DNA from: a virus
Lineage: Duplodnaviria; Caudoviricetes
Length of the DNA stretch: 25,510 nt
IMG/VR virus record: IMGVR_UViG_3300044723_003767
Coordinates: 1 to 25,510 of that record
Direction: 5' to 3' (one strand)
Position 1 is the first letter of the stretch. The number at the start of each line of letters is the position of its first letter. Shown here in pieces: positions 9,480-16,978 of this stretch. The notes under the pieces were generated by a model. The model was not told the DNA's origin, made no database searches, and saw only the letters and a program-made list of their open reading frames with translations. A program made the position numbers and the translations under genes.

Positions 9480-9650
9480 TTCTAACTCTGAGGCTACCTT
9501 AGATCGCACATGCGCGATTTCAACTAAGACCCTGACTAAATCATCATCAATATCTTTTAGCTTTCGCCTCTCAATTCTTTTTAAGCCAAAGTTAAAAAAG
9601 TCAGATGTCTTGTGTAGCGTTTCTTGAGCAAGCTTCCAGTTCAATTCCAT
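9471..9650 (-). CDS. Hypothetical protein
   Basis: MELNWKLAQE..., RBS GGAGG, last gene of the leftward operon. Confidence 0.6.
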   Translation of the reverse strand: MELNWKLAQETLHKTSDFFNFGLKRIERRKLKDIDDDLVRVLVEIAHVRSKVASELESR

Positions 9651-9855
9651 CTTGTGCCTCCTGTTCAATCAGCAATTCGATGTAGTGTTTTGCTTTCTCA
9701 AGGTCAATTATACCACCTTTTTGCCTGTATCGTGTTACGTATTTGATTACGTTGCCAGCACAGTAGTTTAAATTATTAGCCATTATGTATTCGATTGGCT
9801 GGATTTTGAGATGCTTATAATGATCTCCGCCAACCTGGTTATCCTTCGCTGACAC
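9601..9855 (-). CDS. DUF3310 (T7 gp1.7/SaV-like) protein
   Basis: QVGGDHY, IQPIEYI, GNVIKYVTR and DLEKAKHY motifs. GTG start after GGGAGAG. Confidence 0.88.
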   Translation of the reverse strand: MSAKDNQVGGDHYKHLKIQPIEYIMANNLNYCAGNVIKYVTRYRQKGGIIDLEKAKHYIELLIEQEAQDGIELEACSRNATQDI

Positions 9856-10006
9856 GTTTCTCTCTCCCAATTGCTTGATCAAAGTGGTAGCACTTGACGC
9901 AGTACCAACCTTTCCTGACAGCTACTCCTTCCTCGTAATTTATTACTTCCTCTGCTGTTTTCTTACTGCATTTGTCGCAAACCTTAACCTCTAAAGTATC
10001 TTTCAT
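9839..10006 (-). CDS. Small Zn-ribbon protein
   Basis: CDKC...WYCVKC. Overlaps both neighbours. Confidence 0.7.
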   Translation of the reverse strand: MKDTLEVKVCDKCSKKTAEEVINYEEGVAVRKGWYCVKCYHFDQAIGREKRVSEG

Positions 10007-10550
10007 AAATCCTCTTTTTCCTTGCAAATATTGTTTTGATCCGCTTGAGATATTCTATCTCGTGAGTGTGCGGCTGGGTTTGGCTTTCCAACCACAAGAC
10101 CTTTTCCTCACCAATCATTTCAATTAGATGTGCGCGGTAGGGTATCAGATTTCCTGACTTCATAGTGTTGCATTGTGCGCAACTGGCATGGACATTGTAA
10201 GTGTTAAAAGTAACTGCTCGATTGACGCTTGGGCGGTAGTGTGATGCGTGTCTTTGATGTGATCCATCATCAGGCTTTCCACACGATACACATGGCTTAC
10301 CCTTATCCCTTATCCGAATATACCCATTAAAGGCTGTCTGAGCCTCTCTAAGCCAATCTGAGCGACTTTTTAACTTTTCTTTTATCTCTTTTGTTTCTCG
10401 CTTATACGCTTTCTTAACAGCTTCTTTTCCGCTATCAGATTTGGCCCATTGAAGCAGATGGTCCATGCTACAGAATGCTTTTAGCTGCCCCATGACTGCT
10501 TCTTGCTCTGGAACTTTAGTCTTGCAAAGATAGCATCTCCTGGTACGCAT
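9984..10550 (-). CDS. ninG: NinG/Rap-family recombination endonuclease
   Basis: N-terminal CxxC..FCS, AQTAFNGYIRIRD, PCVSCG, HASHY, NVHASCAQCN..SGN. Confidence 0.92.
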   Translation of the reverse strand: MRTRRCYLCKTKVPEQEAVMGQLKAFCSMDHLLQWAKSDSGKEAVKKAYKRETKEIKEKLKSRSDWLREAQTAFNGYIRIRDKGKPCVSCGKPDDGSHQRHASHYRPSVNRAVTFNTYNVHASCAQCNTMKSGNLIPYRAHLIEMIGEEKVLWLESQTQPHTHEIEYLKRIKTIFARKKRIYERYFRG

Positions 10551-10923
10551 TACCCTCTGTCTCCAGACACATCTAGGCTTTTTCCCCTGAGAAGAGCTAA
10601 CCTGCTGGGGTTATGCTCCAATCACCTGACCTAAGTCAAAACGCCCTTCGGCGTGGTACTCATTCCCGATCCACAAAGATGAACCGACCCTGTACTGCTC
10701 AATCCAGCATAGCTCACACCCTGCCAACCACGTTGCTTCTCAGGTTCTCGTTGACAAGCCTAGTCAGAGCGAGAATTTATGGGTGCTTGCCTGTCGCATT
10801 TCTGCCGCTATCTTTAAAGTCTATAGCTAGACATTAGCCGTGAGGAAGTCAGGCTTTGCCACACTTTTCTTGGTGAGTTGCTAATCGTTGAGGATTGCTG
10901 AAAATATCACTAACTCCCAAGAG
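10551..10923 (-). ncRNA. Putative large structured RNA / long 5' leader of ninG operon
   Basis: No credible ORF. Nested helices 10586-10594/10736-10744, 10594-10599/10710-10715, 10603-10608/10704-10709, 10745-10750/10770-10775, plus several hairpins. G-U pairing favours the minus strand. Confidence 0.65.
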
Positions 10924-10929
10924 GCACTT

Positions 10930-10980
10930 ATCATACTGAAATATTACAAAAAAATAAAATATTTTTTTTGCTTTGAAAAA
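10930..10980 (-). promoter_or_regulatory. Putative leftward promoter
   Basis: TATGAT (10935-10930), weak TTTATT 17 bp upstream, A/T tracts resembling an UP element. Confidence 0.45.
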
Positions 10981-10997
10981 ATACCCGTTAAAATAAT

Positions 10998-11026
10998 TTG
11001 CGGAACAGTCTGTGTTAGTGCATACT
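10998..11026 (+). promoter_or_regulatory. Putative sigma70 promoter for the small RNA
   Basis: TTGCGG-17-CATACT. Confidence 0.55.
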
Positions 11027-11032
11027 TTGATT

Positions 11033-11109
11033 TCCATGTTCTCCCTTAGCATGGCTTTGTCTCCAACAAAGTAAAGCCCTTGTTAGCCTGAACTAGCAGG
11101 GGCTTTTTT
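11033..11109 (+). ncRNA. Putative small regulatory RNA with two anti-SD (CUCC) loops
   Basis: Three consecutive hairpins: CCATG-TTCTCCCTTAG-CATGG, CTTTGT-CTCCA-ACAAAG, and a terminator. Confidence 0.7.
11073..11109 (+). terminator. Intrinsic terminator
   Basis: AAAGCCCTTGTTAG-CCTGAA-CTAGCAGGGGCTTT with G-U pairs on the + strand, ending in T6. Confidence 0.85.
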
Positions 11110-11113
11110 AATC

Positions 11114-11155
11114 CAATCAAAAAAGTTTGCAATCTTAATCGAATTAGTTTACGCT
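11114..11155 (+). promoter_or_regulatory. Early promoter with two overlapping operator-like palindromes
   Basis: TTGCAA(11127)-17-TACGCT(11150). CAATC-N6-GTTTG and TAATC-N6-GTTTA. Confidence 0.7.
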
Positions 11156-11186
11156 TGCATCTTAACTAATAAAACTGGAGACAAAG

Positions 11187-11768
11187 ATGAAAACTAGCGA
11201 ATCAATCGCTGCGCTCGCAGCAGCACTATGTAAAGCACAATCAGAGATGGGCGGAGCTGCAAAGTCAGCAGACAACCCGTTCTTCAAATCAAAATATGCG
11301 GACCTTAGTTCTGTTGTCCAAGCAGTTAAGCAGCCTTTTGCTGACAATGGCTTGAGCTATGTCCAGTTCCCCATTTCAACTCAGTCAGCTATCGGTGTGG
11401 TCACAAGACTGATGCACGAAAGTGGCGAGTGGATGGAGCAGGATTATTACTTGCCATTGCAGAAGCTCGACCCACAGGCAGCAGGTTCAGCAATCACTTA
11501 CGCAAGACGCTATTCACTTCAAGCTGTTGCTGGAATCCCTGCTGAAGATGATGATGGTGAAAGCTCAATGTTGCGTGGCAATCCTAAAACAATCACTGGT
11601 GTGCAGGTAGAATCTTTATACGATGCGCTGGAAGAATCGGATTCAGATTTGGAAAAGTTTCTGAAGGCATTTAAAAAACAATCGCTTGAAGAATTCACCG
11701 AACCTGAGTACATCCGCGCTCTACAGATGATTGAAATGAAGAAGGGGAAATCTAATGAGAATATCTAA
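11187..11768 (+). CDS. erf: ERF-family single-strand annealing protein
   Basis: NPFFKSKYADL, HESGEW, PQAAGSAITYARRYSL and EDDDG signatures. Confidence 0.95.
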   Translation: MKTSESIAALAAALCKAQSEMGGAAKSADNPFFKSKYADLSSVVQAVKQPFADNGLSYVQFPISTQSAIGVVTRLMHESGEWMEQDYYLPLQKLDPQAAGSAITYARRYSLQAVAGIPAEDDDGESSMLRGNPKTITGVQVESLYDALEESDSDLEKFLKAFKKQSLEEFTEPEYIRALQMIEMKKGKSNENI

Positions 11769-12366
11769 ATTTGAGCAACGAACCCCAGAATGGTTTGCAG
11801 ATAGGATTGGCGTACCTTCTGCATCACAGTTCCATAAAATAATCACACCAACAGGTCAGGCAAGCAAGCAGGTTGATGGCTATATCAATGAGCTGGTAGC
11901 CGAGAAGGTTACGCAGCAGCAAGCCTATGTGCATGAGACTGAGGCAATGAAGCGTGGTACTGAGCTGGAGCCAATGGCAAGGGAGAACTTTGAATTTATC
12001 ACTGACTATTCTGTCAGCGAGATTGGATTCTGCAAGCACGATAAGCTGGAAATCGGCTGTTCGCCAGATGGCGTGATTGACCTTCCAGACGGAAAGGTAG
12101 CTGTCTTAGAAATAAAATGCCCGATGGCGAACACGATGGTTGAGTATCTTCGAGATGGAATCCTGCCGCCAAAGTATAAGCCTCAAGTGCAGGGCCAGCT
12201 ATGGATTACCGAAGCTGACCATGCGTATTTTTTTGCATTTCATCCTGAATTTGTTGGATTGCTGATTAAGGTGGAGCGCGATCAAGATTTTATTCAAAAA
12301 CTAAGCACACTATCCTACGAGATGATCCAAAAAATTGAAAAGCTCGCAAAAGAGTACAAAGTATGA
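11755..12366 (+). CDS. YqaJ/lambda-exonuclease family nuclease
   Basis: EQRTPEW, SAS, RGTELEP.AR, CSPDG, EIKCP, Y.PQVQGQL. Confidence 0.93.
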   Translation: MRISKFEQRTPEWFADRIGVPSASQFHKIITPTGQASKQVDGYINELVAEKVTQQQAYVHETEAMKRGTELEPMARENFEFITDYSVSEIGFCKHDKLEIGCSPDGVIDLPDGKVAVLEIKCPMANTMVEYLRDGILPPKYKPQVQGQLWITEADHAYFFAFHPEFVGLLIKVERDQDFIQKLSTLSYEMIQKIEKLAKEYKV

Positions 12367-12569
12367 GCTACATGACTATATTCAGCATGAGGTACAAAGA
12401 CAAGTATGGCAAAGAGCTTGAGAAAGAGCCTTTAGAATTACAAAACATATACAAAACAGGATATGTCGATGCGATAGAAATTTTTCAAAACCAGCTAAAC
12501 CTGATTTTGCAAGATGTACAAAACTCACCAACTTACACAATAGAGGAAAATAAAAATGACGAATTATGA
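12363..12569 (+). CDS. Hypothetical protein
   Basis: 68 aa, ATGA coupling. Confidence 0.6.
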   Translation: MSYMTIFSMRYKDKYGKELEKEPLELQNIYKTGYVDAIEIFQNQLNLILQDVQNSPTYTIEENKNDEL

Positions 12570-12801
12570 TAATAACAATCGCGGAGCTATCTGGAAAAAT
12601 GACCGCAAAACAACAGACAAGCACCCAGACTTTACTGGAGCAATAACAGTTGATGGTAAAGATTATTGGCTATCAGCTTGGCGTGGCGATAAAGAAAACC
12701 CCAAAGCACCAACGCTATCATTTAGTGTCCAGGCAAAAGATGTGCCTAAACAGCAGCCAACTCCAAACTTGAACGAGGATTTTGATGATGCCCCATTCTA
12801 A
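12556..12801 (+). CDS. Small single-stranded DNA-binding-like protein
   Basis: GAIWKN..K..HPDFTG...YWLSAW core and an SSB-type acidic tail DFDDAPF. Sits next to ERF and the exonuclease. Confidence 0.75.
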   Translation: MTNYDNNNRGAIWKNDRKTTDKHPDFTGAITVDGKDYWLSAWRGDKENPKAPTLSFSVQAKDVPKQQPTPNLNEDFDDAPF

Positions 12802-13000
12802 TGTAGACTTTGGTAAATGTGTAAGGGCTGCACAGGCTATGCGCAGATATACTAACAAGCAGATAGGTGATGGACTAGGGACAACACCCCAGCAAGTCTC
12901 TAGGTTTAGGAATAATACCGACTGCAAAATAAATGTTGCGATCAGCTTGGCTCATTTTTTTGAGCTATCTTTACAAGAGATGCTGAACCTTGACAAATAA
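12785..13000 (+). CDS. XRE/Cro-type helix-turn-helix regulator
   Basis: TNKQIGDGLGTTPQQVSRF...ISLAHFFELSLQEM. Start is 12785 or 12788. Confidence 0.85.
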   Translation: MMPHSNVDFGKCVRAAQAMRRYTNKQIGDGLGTTPQQVSRFRNNTDCKINVAISLAHFFELSLQEMLNLDK

Positions 13001-13199
13001 AAAACAAAAACATCTGGACCAGCTTGCTGCCGACATTGCGGCCTATCTCAAAAAGGGCGGGAAGATTACTACCTTGCCTAGCGGGGAAACAGAGATGACT
13101 TGGCGGAGCAGGCTTAATCCAGATGCAACAAAAAATTCTGGAGATGAAGATGCAAACGTGGACAGTAAAAAACGAAGAAAGCCTAAACTTTCTGATTGA
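12990..13199 (+). CDS. SutA-like RNA-polymerase-binding domain protein
   Basis: KQKHLDQLAADIAAYLKKGGKITTL resembles the K.K....LA.....FL..GGK(V/I) core of Pseudomonas SutA. Confidence 0.65.
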   Translation: MTNKKQKHLDQLAADIAAYLKKGGKITTLPSGETEMTWRSRLNPDATKNSGDEDANVDSKKRRKPKLSD

Positions 13200-13587
13200 C
13201 GCTTTGAAAGAGCAAAAGAAGCCATTTGTGGTTGAGCTTTTACCAGCTCACAGAACTATTCCGCAAAATCGGTTGTTTTACTTGATATACGATATTATTG
13301 CAGAGCAGCTTTATGGTGGCGATGGGCATCATGCGAGGAACGAATGTAAGCTAACTATTGGTGTACCAATACTCCGCAGGGATAGCGAAAAATTCCAACA
13401 GACCTATGACCGACTTCTGAAGCCAGCAAGCTACGAGGACAAGCTTGCGATGATGGAATACGTTTCAATAAGCTCAATATTCGATAAAGCTCAAGGCACT
13501 GAGTACATAAAATCTATGTTCGACAAGTATGCTCAGAAAGGCGTTACTTGGTCTGAAATAATTATTGCTCAGGTTGGTATGCTATGA
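13150..13587 (+). CDS. NinB/Orf-like protein
   Basis: RTIPQNRLF motif, C-terminal YI.......A.KGV. Start chosen from GGAG spacing. Confidence 0.65.
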   Translation: MQTWTVKNEESLNFLIDALKEQKKPFVVELLPAHRTIPQNRLFYLIYDIIAEQLYGGDGHHARNECKLTIGVPILRRDSEKFQQTYDRLLKPASYEDKLAMMEYVSISSIFDKAQGTEYIKSMFDKYAQKGVTWSEIIIAQVGML

Positions 13588-15122
13588 AGCTTAGACCTCA
13601 CCAGGAAAAGGCTGTTGAGATGCTCAAGGCATCTTTCCAGTCTGGCCATAAACGCCCAATAGTTGCAGCTCCATGCGCATTCGGGAAAACGCATCTGGCC
13701 GCATACCTTATGAAAGGCTGTCAAGACAAGGGCAACCGAGGGCTTTTCATCTGCGACAGGATTAAGCTTGTGGACCAGACGCTTGATGCTTTTCGAGATT
13801 GGGACATCTGGACCGGAGTGTTGCAAAGTGATCACCCTGACACTGACTACGCTGCACCTATCCAAGTTGCTTCGGCTCAAACCCTTTCGATACGCATGAA
13901 AAATGGCTATGACCCTGACCCACAGCTAATCATTGTTGATGAATGCCACACAGTATATAAGGGTGTGCAGAAGATTCTTGACACATATCCACAAGCAAAG
14001 ATTATCGGATTATCGGCTACTCCATATAGTAAAGGCTTAGGGCTAACTTATGATGACCTATTAATTCCTGCCACTACAGAGGAGCTGCTTGAACAGGGAT
14101 ACCTTACCCCAATAACTTACTATGGCGGTAAGCACATCAATACGGCAGCTCTAAGGACAAGAAGTATCAAAACTGGTGGCTCTGACTTTGACCCCAAACA
14201 TCTGGAGAAGAGGACAAATGAAAACAAGGATATGCTGACAGGCTCAATCATTGAGAATTGGATAAAGTATGGAGAGAACCGCCAGACTATTGCTTTTTCT
14301 CCAAGTATCGCTCACTCGAAGTACCTTGTAAAAATGTTCAAGGCGAATGGCATACCTGCTGCACACATTGATGGATATACAGATATCTCTAGGAGGCTGA
14401 AACTTTATAAGCAGCATGATGAGGGCAAGATTAAAATATTGTCTTGCTCACAACTACTGACTGCCGGTTTCGATTCACCTACTACCTCATGCATGATCGA
14501 TTGCACTCCCACTTTTTCAAAAATTCAGTTCCAGCAACGCGCCGGGAGAATAATGCGCATAGCTCCTGGCAAAGAATACGCAGTATATCTAGATCATTCA
14601 GGAAATGTTGGGAAAAGGCATGGGCTGGTTGAATGGATGATACCAAGCGAGCTGAGTACCAATGAGAAGAAATTTGCTGAGAAGAATCAGCTAAAAGAGA
14701 AAAAAGAAAAAGAGCCTAACGAATGTCCAGAGTGCCACCGCATAATGACTGGGATTAAGTGTATATGCGGCTTTGAATTTGAAATCAAAAAAGAACTCAC
14801 CAGCACTCAAGAGATGCTTGTCAGGATAAGCGGAAAGAAGGCAACGCCAGAGGACAGGGAATATATGGGCAAGTTTTATTCTAGCCTTCTGAAGCTCAGC
14901 AGAGATTGGGGATTCAAGGATGGCTGGGCAGCTTGGAAGTACAAAGAAAGATTTGGGATATGGCCGAGATCAATTGACATCAATACCAGCCAACCAGTGC
15001 TGCCAGAAGCTAAAGCCTGGGCAGATGCTGCATTGATTAAATACGCAAAACGGAGAAAAGCCAATGATGACAACGAAGGAAAGATGGTGGAAGTGGCACA
15101 GGAAGAATCCTCACGTATATAA
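13584..15122 (+). CDS. Superfamily 2 (DExH) helicase with C-terminal Zn finger
   Basis: LRPHQ, APCAFGKT, DECH, SAT, GFD, QRAGRIMR, CPEC..CICG, GWA. Confidence 0.93.
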   Translation: MKLRPHQEKAVEMLKASFQSGHKRPIVAAPCAFGKTHLAAYLMKGCQDKGNRGLFICDRIKLVDQTLDAFRDWDIWTGVLQSDHPDTDYAAPIQVASAQTLSIRMKNGYDPDPQLIIVDECHTVYKGVQKILDTYPQAKIIGLSATPYSKGLGLTYDDLLIPATTEELLEQGYLTPITYYGGKHINTAALRTRSIKTGGSDFDPKHLEKRTNENKDMLTGSIIENWIKYGENRQTIAFSPSIAHSKYLVKMFKANGIPAAHIDGYTDISRRLKLYKQHDEGKIKILSCSQLLTAGFDSPTTSCMIDCTPTFSKIQFQQRAGRIMRIAPGKEYAVYLDHSGNVGKRHGLVEWMIPSELSTNEKKFAEKNQLKEKKEKEPNECPECHRIMTGIKCICGFEFEIKKELTSTQEMLVRISGKKATPEDREYMGKFYSSLLKLSRDWGFKDGWAAWKYKERFGIWPRSIDINTSQPVLPEAKAWADAALIKYAKRRKANDDNEGKMVEVAQEESSRI

Positions 15123-15342
15123 GCTGTTTGAGCGTTTTACCTTCCAAGCTATCAATCGAGGCCACAAGCACCTATCTGCCTGGCTAGTCATAAATCGTAT
15201 CAGATGGGAGACATCAATTGAGACTGAGGGCGATGATTTTAAAATATCCAACGACTTCATTGCTTATTATTCAAGACTTTTCATGCACTATCATCCTGAA
15301 TATCAAGGGTTTTTTCGGACCAAAGAACTAACACGAAAATAA
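15064..15342 (+). CDS. Conserved-looking phage hypothetical protein
   Basis: NPHVYKLF..NRIRW..FKISND..AYYSRLF..FF, aromatic-rich. Confidence 0.75.
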   Translation: MMTTKERWWKWHRKNPHVYKLFERFTFQAINRGHKHLSAWLVINRIRWETSIETEGDDFKISNDFIAYYSRLFMHYHPEYQGFFRTKELTRK

Positions 15343-15343
15343 T

Positions 15344-15389
15344 TAAACAAAAATGTTGACATAATGTGAATTATAAACGATAATGTTTA
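15344..15389 (+). promoter_or_regulatory. Near-consensus sigma70 promoter with two operator-like palindromes
   Basis: TTGACA(15356)-17-GATAAT(15379). TAAAC-N6-GTTGA and TAAAC-N6-GTTTA overlap -35 and -10. Confidence 0.85.
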
Positions 15390-15430
15390 CATGGTTGGCG
15401 AGGTGCTGACCCAAACTTGGAGATAAAGAC

Positions 15431-15727
15431 ATGAACGAACTTACTTACAACAGATCAGACTGGTCAGGTAGAGAAGAAACTGTAGTGATTAAAGCAAGAT
15501 CATTTAAAGTAAAAAATTCTGACTTCAACGGAACTTATAAAATAATTGAAGAAGATGGTGTTGGTTCTTACGCTAAAGTAACTGTTGCAGATGGCCAACA
15601 CGTTATTGATACCATAACTGTTTATAACATAGAAAATAATTGCTGGTACGCAGAGTTCTGCGATATATCCAGAGGGTCAAACAACCCAATCGTGACCGCT
15701 CTACAAACTATACATAACACTTACTAA
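15431..15727 (+). CDS. Hypothetical early protein
   Basis: 98 aa, RBS GGAG, first gene after the promoter. Confidence 0.75.
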   Translation: MNELTYNRSDWSGREETVVIKARSFKVKNSDFNGTYKIIEEDGVGSYAKVTVADGQHVIDTITVYNIENNCWYAEFCDISRGSNNPIVTALQTIHNTY

Positions 15728-15735
15728 CCAAACCA

Positions 15736-15749
15736 GCACAAGGATGTGC
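15736..15749 (+). promoter_or_regulatory. CsrA/RsmA-type binding hairpin
   Basis: GCACA-AGGA-TGTGC, intergenic, immediately before an RBS. Confidence 0.65.
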
Positions 15750-15764
15750 ATCAGGAGAGAGAAA

Positions 15765-15980
15765 ATGACACACCAAGAAATTAAAGAGATAGCATGTAAC
15801 AACGGAGATTTAACTATAGAGCAGTTAGTTAAAATCTCTAACCTCCCAGCAGCAGAAGTTTTAAGAGCTGTAGCTGGATCACCTTGGGGACAGTGGTTGA
15901 TCAATAACTATGTATGTTATGAGAGCGCACACATTGGCTTTGATGCTGAAGATTTTGACAACCCTTTGTTCGGGAGATAA
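15765..15980 (+). CDS. Hypothetical protein, possible HTH
   Basis: RBS AGGAG. LTIEQLVKISNLPAAEV. Confidence 0.65.
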   Translation: MTHQEIKEIACNNGDLTIEQLVKISNLPAAEVLRAVAGSPWGQWLINNYVCYESAHIGFDAEDFDNPLFGR

Positions 15981-15982
15981 AC

Positions 15983-16096
15983 ATGAAACTTACCAAAAAG
16001 CAAAAACACTATATATCAGAACTGGCATATGCTACTGGCAGCATAATAATGCTGACCGGAATAATTTTTTACACATTTATGGGATGGGTACTATGA
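15983..16096 (+). CDS. 37-aa single-TM peptide (not in ORF track)
   Basis: MKLTKKQKHYISELAYATGSIIMLTGIIFYTFMGWVL. RBS GGGAG. ATGA coupling to the next gene. Confidence 0.7.
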   Translation: MKLTKKQKHYISELAYATGSIIMLTGIIFYTFMGWVL

Positions 16097-16476
16097 GCTT
16101 AAAAAATATTTATGAAAATAATTTAAACGAATTTATCAGGTATGGTGAGTTCGACCCTAGCGACAAAGCGTTATTCTTGGTCTGGCAGCACCTGAAAAAT
16201 GAAATGGGTGCTGGTGATTTTTTGAGCGAGGTAATCAATGGCGATGACTTGCTGTCAGATGACTTGCTCAACTTCGTTGTTTTTAATAATCCCGGAGATC
16301 AGGGAAAGTTGAGATTGCAAGATGCATGTAACAGGTATGCCATGTATTTTGTTGAGCAAGATGCTGATATAATTTGGAGTATGTGGGATGGCACTAACAA
16401 GCCTGACCCGATGGATTTGGCAAAGGAAAGTAGATATATCGATGAAATTGCCGGCAGCTTGAAAGGAATTTTTTGA
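16093..16476 (+). CDS. Acidic hypothetical protein
   Basis: Start re-assigned to ATG 16093 (MSLKNIYE...) by ATGA overlap. Confidence 0.7.
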   Translation: MSLKNIYENNLNEFIRYGEFDPSDKALFLVWQHLKNEMGAGDFLSEVINGDDLLSDDLLNFVVFNNPGDQGKLRLQDACNRYAMYFVEQDADIIWSMWDGTNKPDPMDLAKESRYIDEIAGSLKGIF

Positions 16477-16496
16477 GAACTACTCCAAGTGGTAAA

Positions 16497-16514
16497 TGGG
16501 GCAAGGATGCTCCA
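16497..16514 (+). promoter_or_regulatory. Second CsrA/RsmA-type hairpin
   Basis: TGGGGCA-AGGA-TGCTCCA, intergenic. Confidence 0.6.
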
Positions 16515-16537
16515 GATTATCAACAAAAGGTGACAAC

Positions 16538-16633
16538 ATGAAAAACAAAACACCTGAAGAACAAAAATTTGAAGCATGGGCAGGAATGGTTATTTTGCTA
16601 TCAATGATAATTATGATTTTGTTATCTATATGA
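16538..16633 (+). CDS. 31-aa single-TM peptide (not in ORF track)
   Basis: MKNKTPEEQKFEAWAGMVILLSMIIMILLSI. RBS AGGTGA. ATGA coupling. Confidence 0.65.
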   Translation: MKNKTPEEQKFEAWAGMVILLSMIIMILLSI

Positions 16634-16890
16634 ATTCATTTATTTGCACAAGCTGCCATGAAGAAAAACCAGGCAGTGAACGCTGGCGGCATAACCAGCT
16701 AAAATGTATTGACTGCAAACTAGCTTACCAGAAAGAGCAGAATCAAAAGGCATACAAGCGCAGAGGTCATGAAAACGAGCCAGCTTGGGATGTGTCTTTA
16801 TCACAAAGAACCAGGAGCGAGTATGAGCAAAGGCAGCTTGCAAAGGCCAAGACAGGTATCATCTCAGCAATTCTCAGAATCATGGGATAA
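16630..16890 (+). CDS. Zn-finger protein
   Basis: CTSC..EK....CIDCK. Start at the ATGA overlap. Confidence 0.65.
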   Translation: MNSFICTSCHEEKPGSERWRHNQLKCIDCKLAYQKEQNQKAYKRRGHENEPAWDVSLSQRTRSEYEQRQLAKAKTGIISAILRIMG

Positions 16891-16978
16891 GATTTTCAAA
16901 TCTAAACAAAAGAGCGTAGAATCCAGTAATGGACATCGCACCCCTGACAAGAGAAGAAATAAAATACCTTCTGAATGA
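16823..16978 (+). CDS. Small phage protein (MSKGS..RP...WDKIF type)
   Basis: RBS AGGAG before ATG 16823. N-terminal motif is familiar from small phage ORFs. Confidence 0.6.
   Translation: MSKGSLQRPRQVSSQQFSESWDKIFKSKQKSVESSNGHRTPDKRRNKIPSE

Noticed and set aside
10613-10837. 74-aa plus-strand ORF
   Set aside because: No RBS, non-protein-like composition, and it lies within the structured RNA.
10849-11052. 67-aa minus-strand ORF with an apparently good GGAG RBS
   Set aside because: It runs through the AT-rich promoter tract (FFKAKKIFYFFVIF), and its RBS-like sites are simply the complement of the sRNA anti-SD loops. Not fully excluded.
11034-11071. Reading the hairpins on the minus strand as a CsrB/RsmY-like GGA sponge
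   Set aside because: The promoter, the G-U pairs in the terminator stem and the U-tract all favour the + strand.
11979-11988. AAGGGAGAAC, complementary to sRNA hairpin 1, inside the exonuclease gene
   Set aside because: A single 10-nt match with no start codon nearby is compatible with chance.
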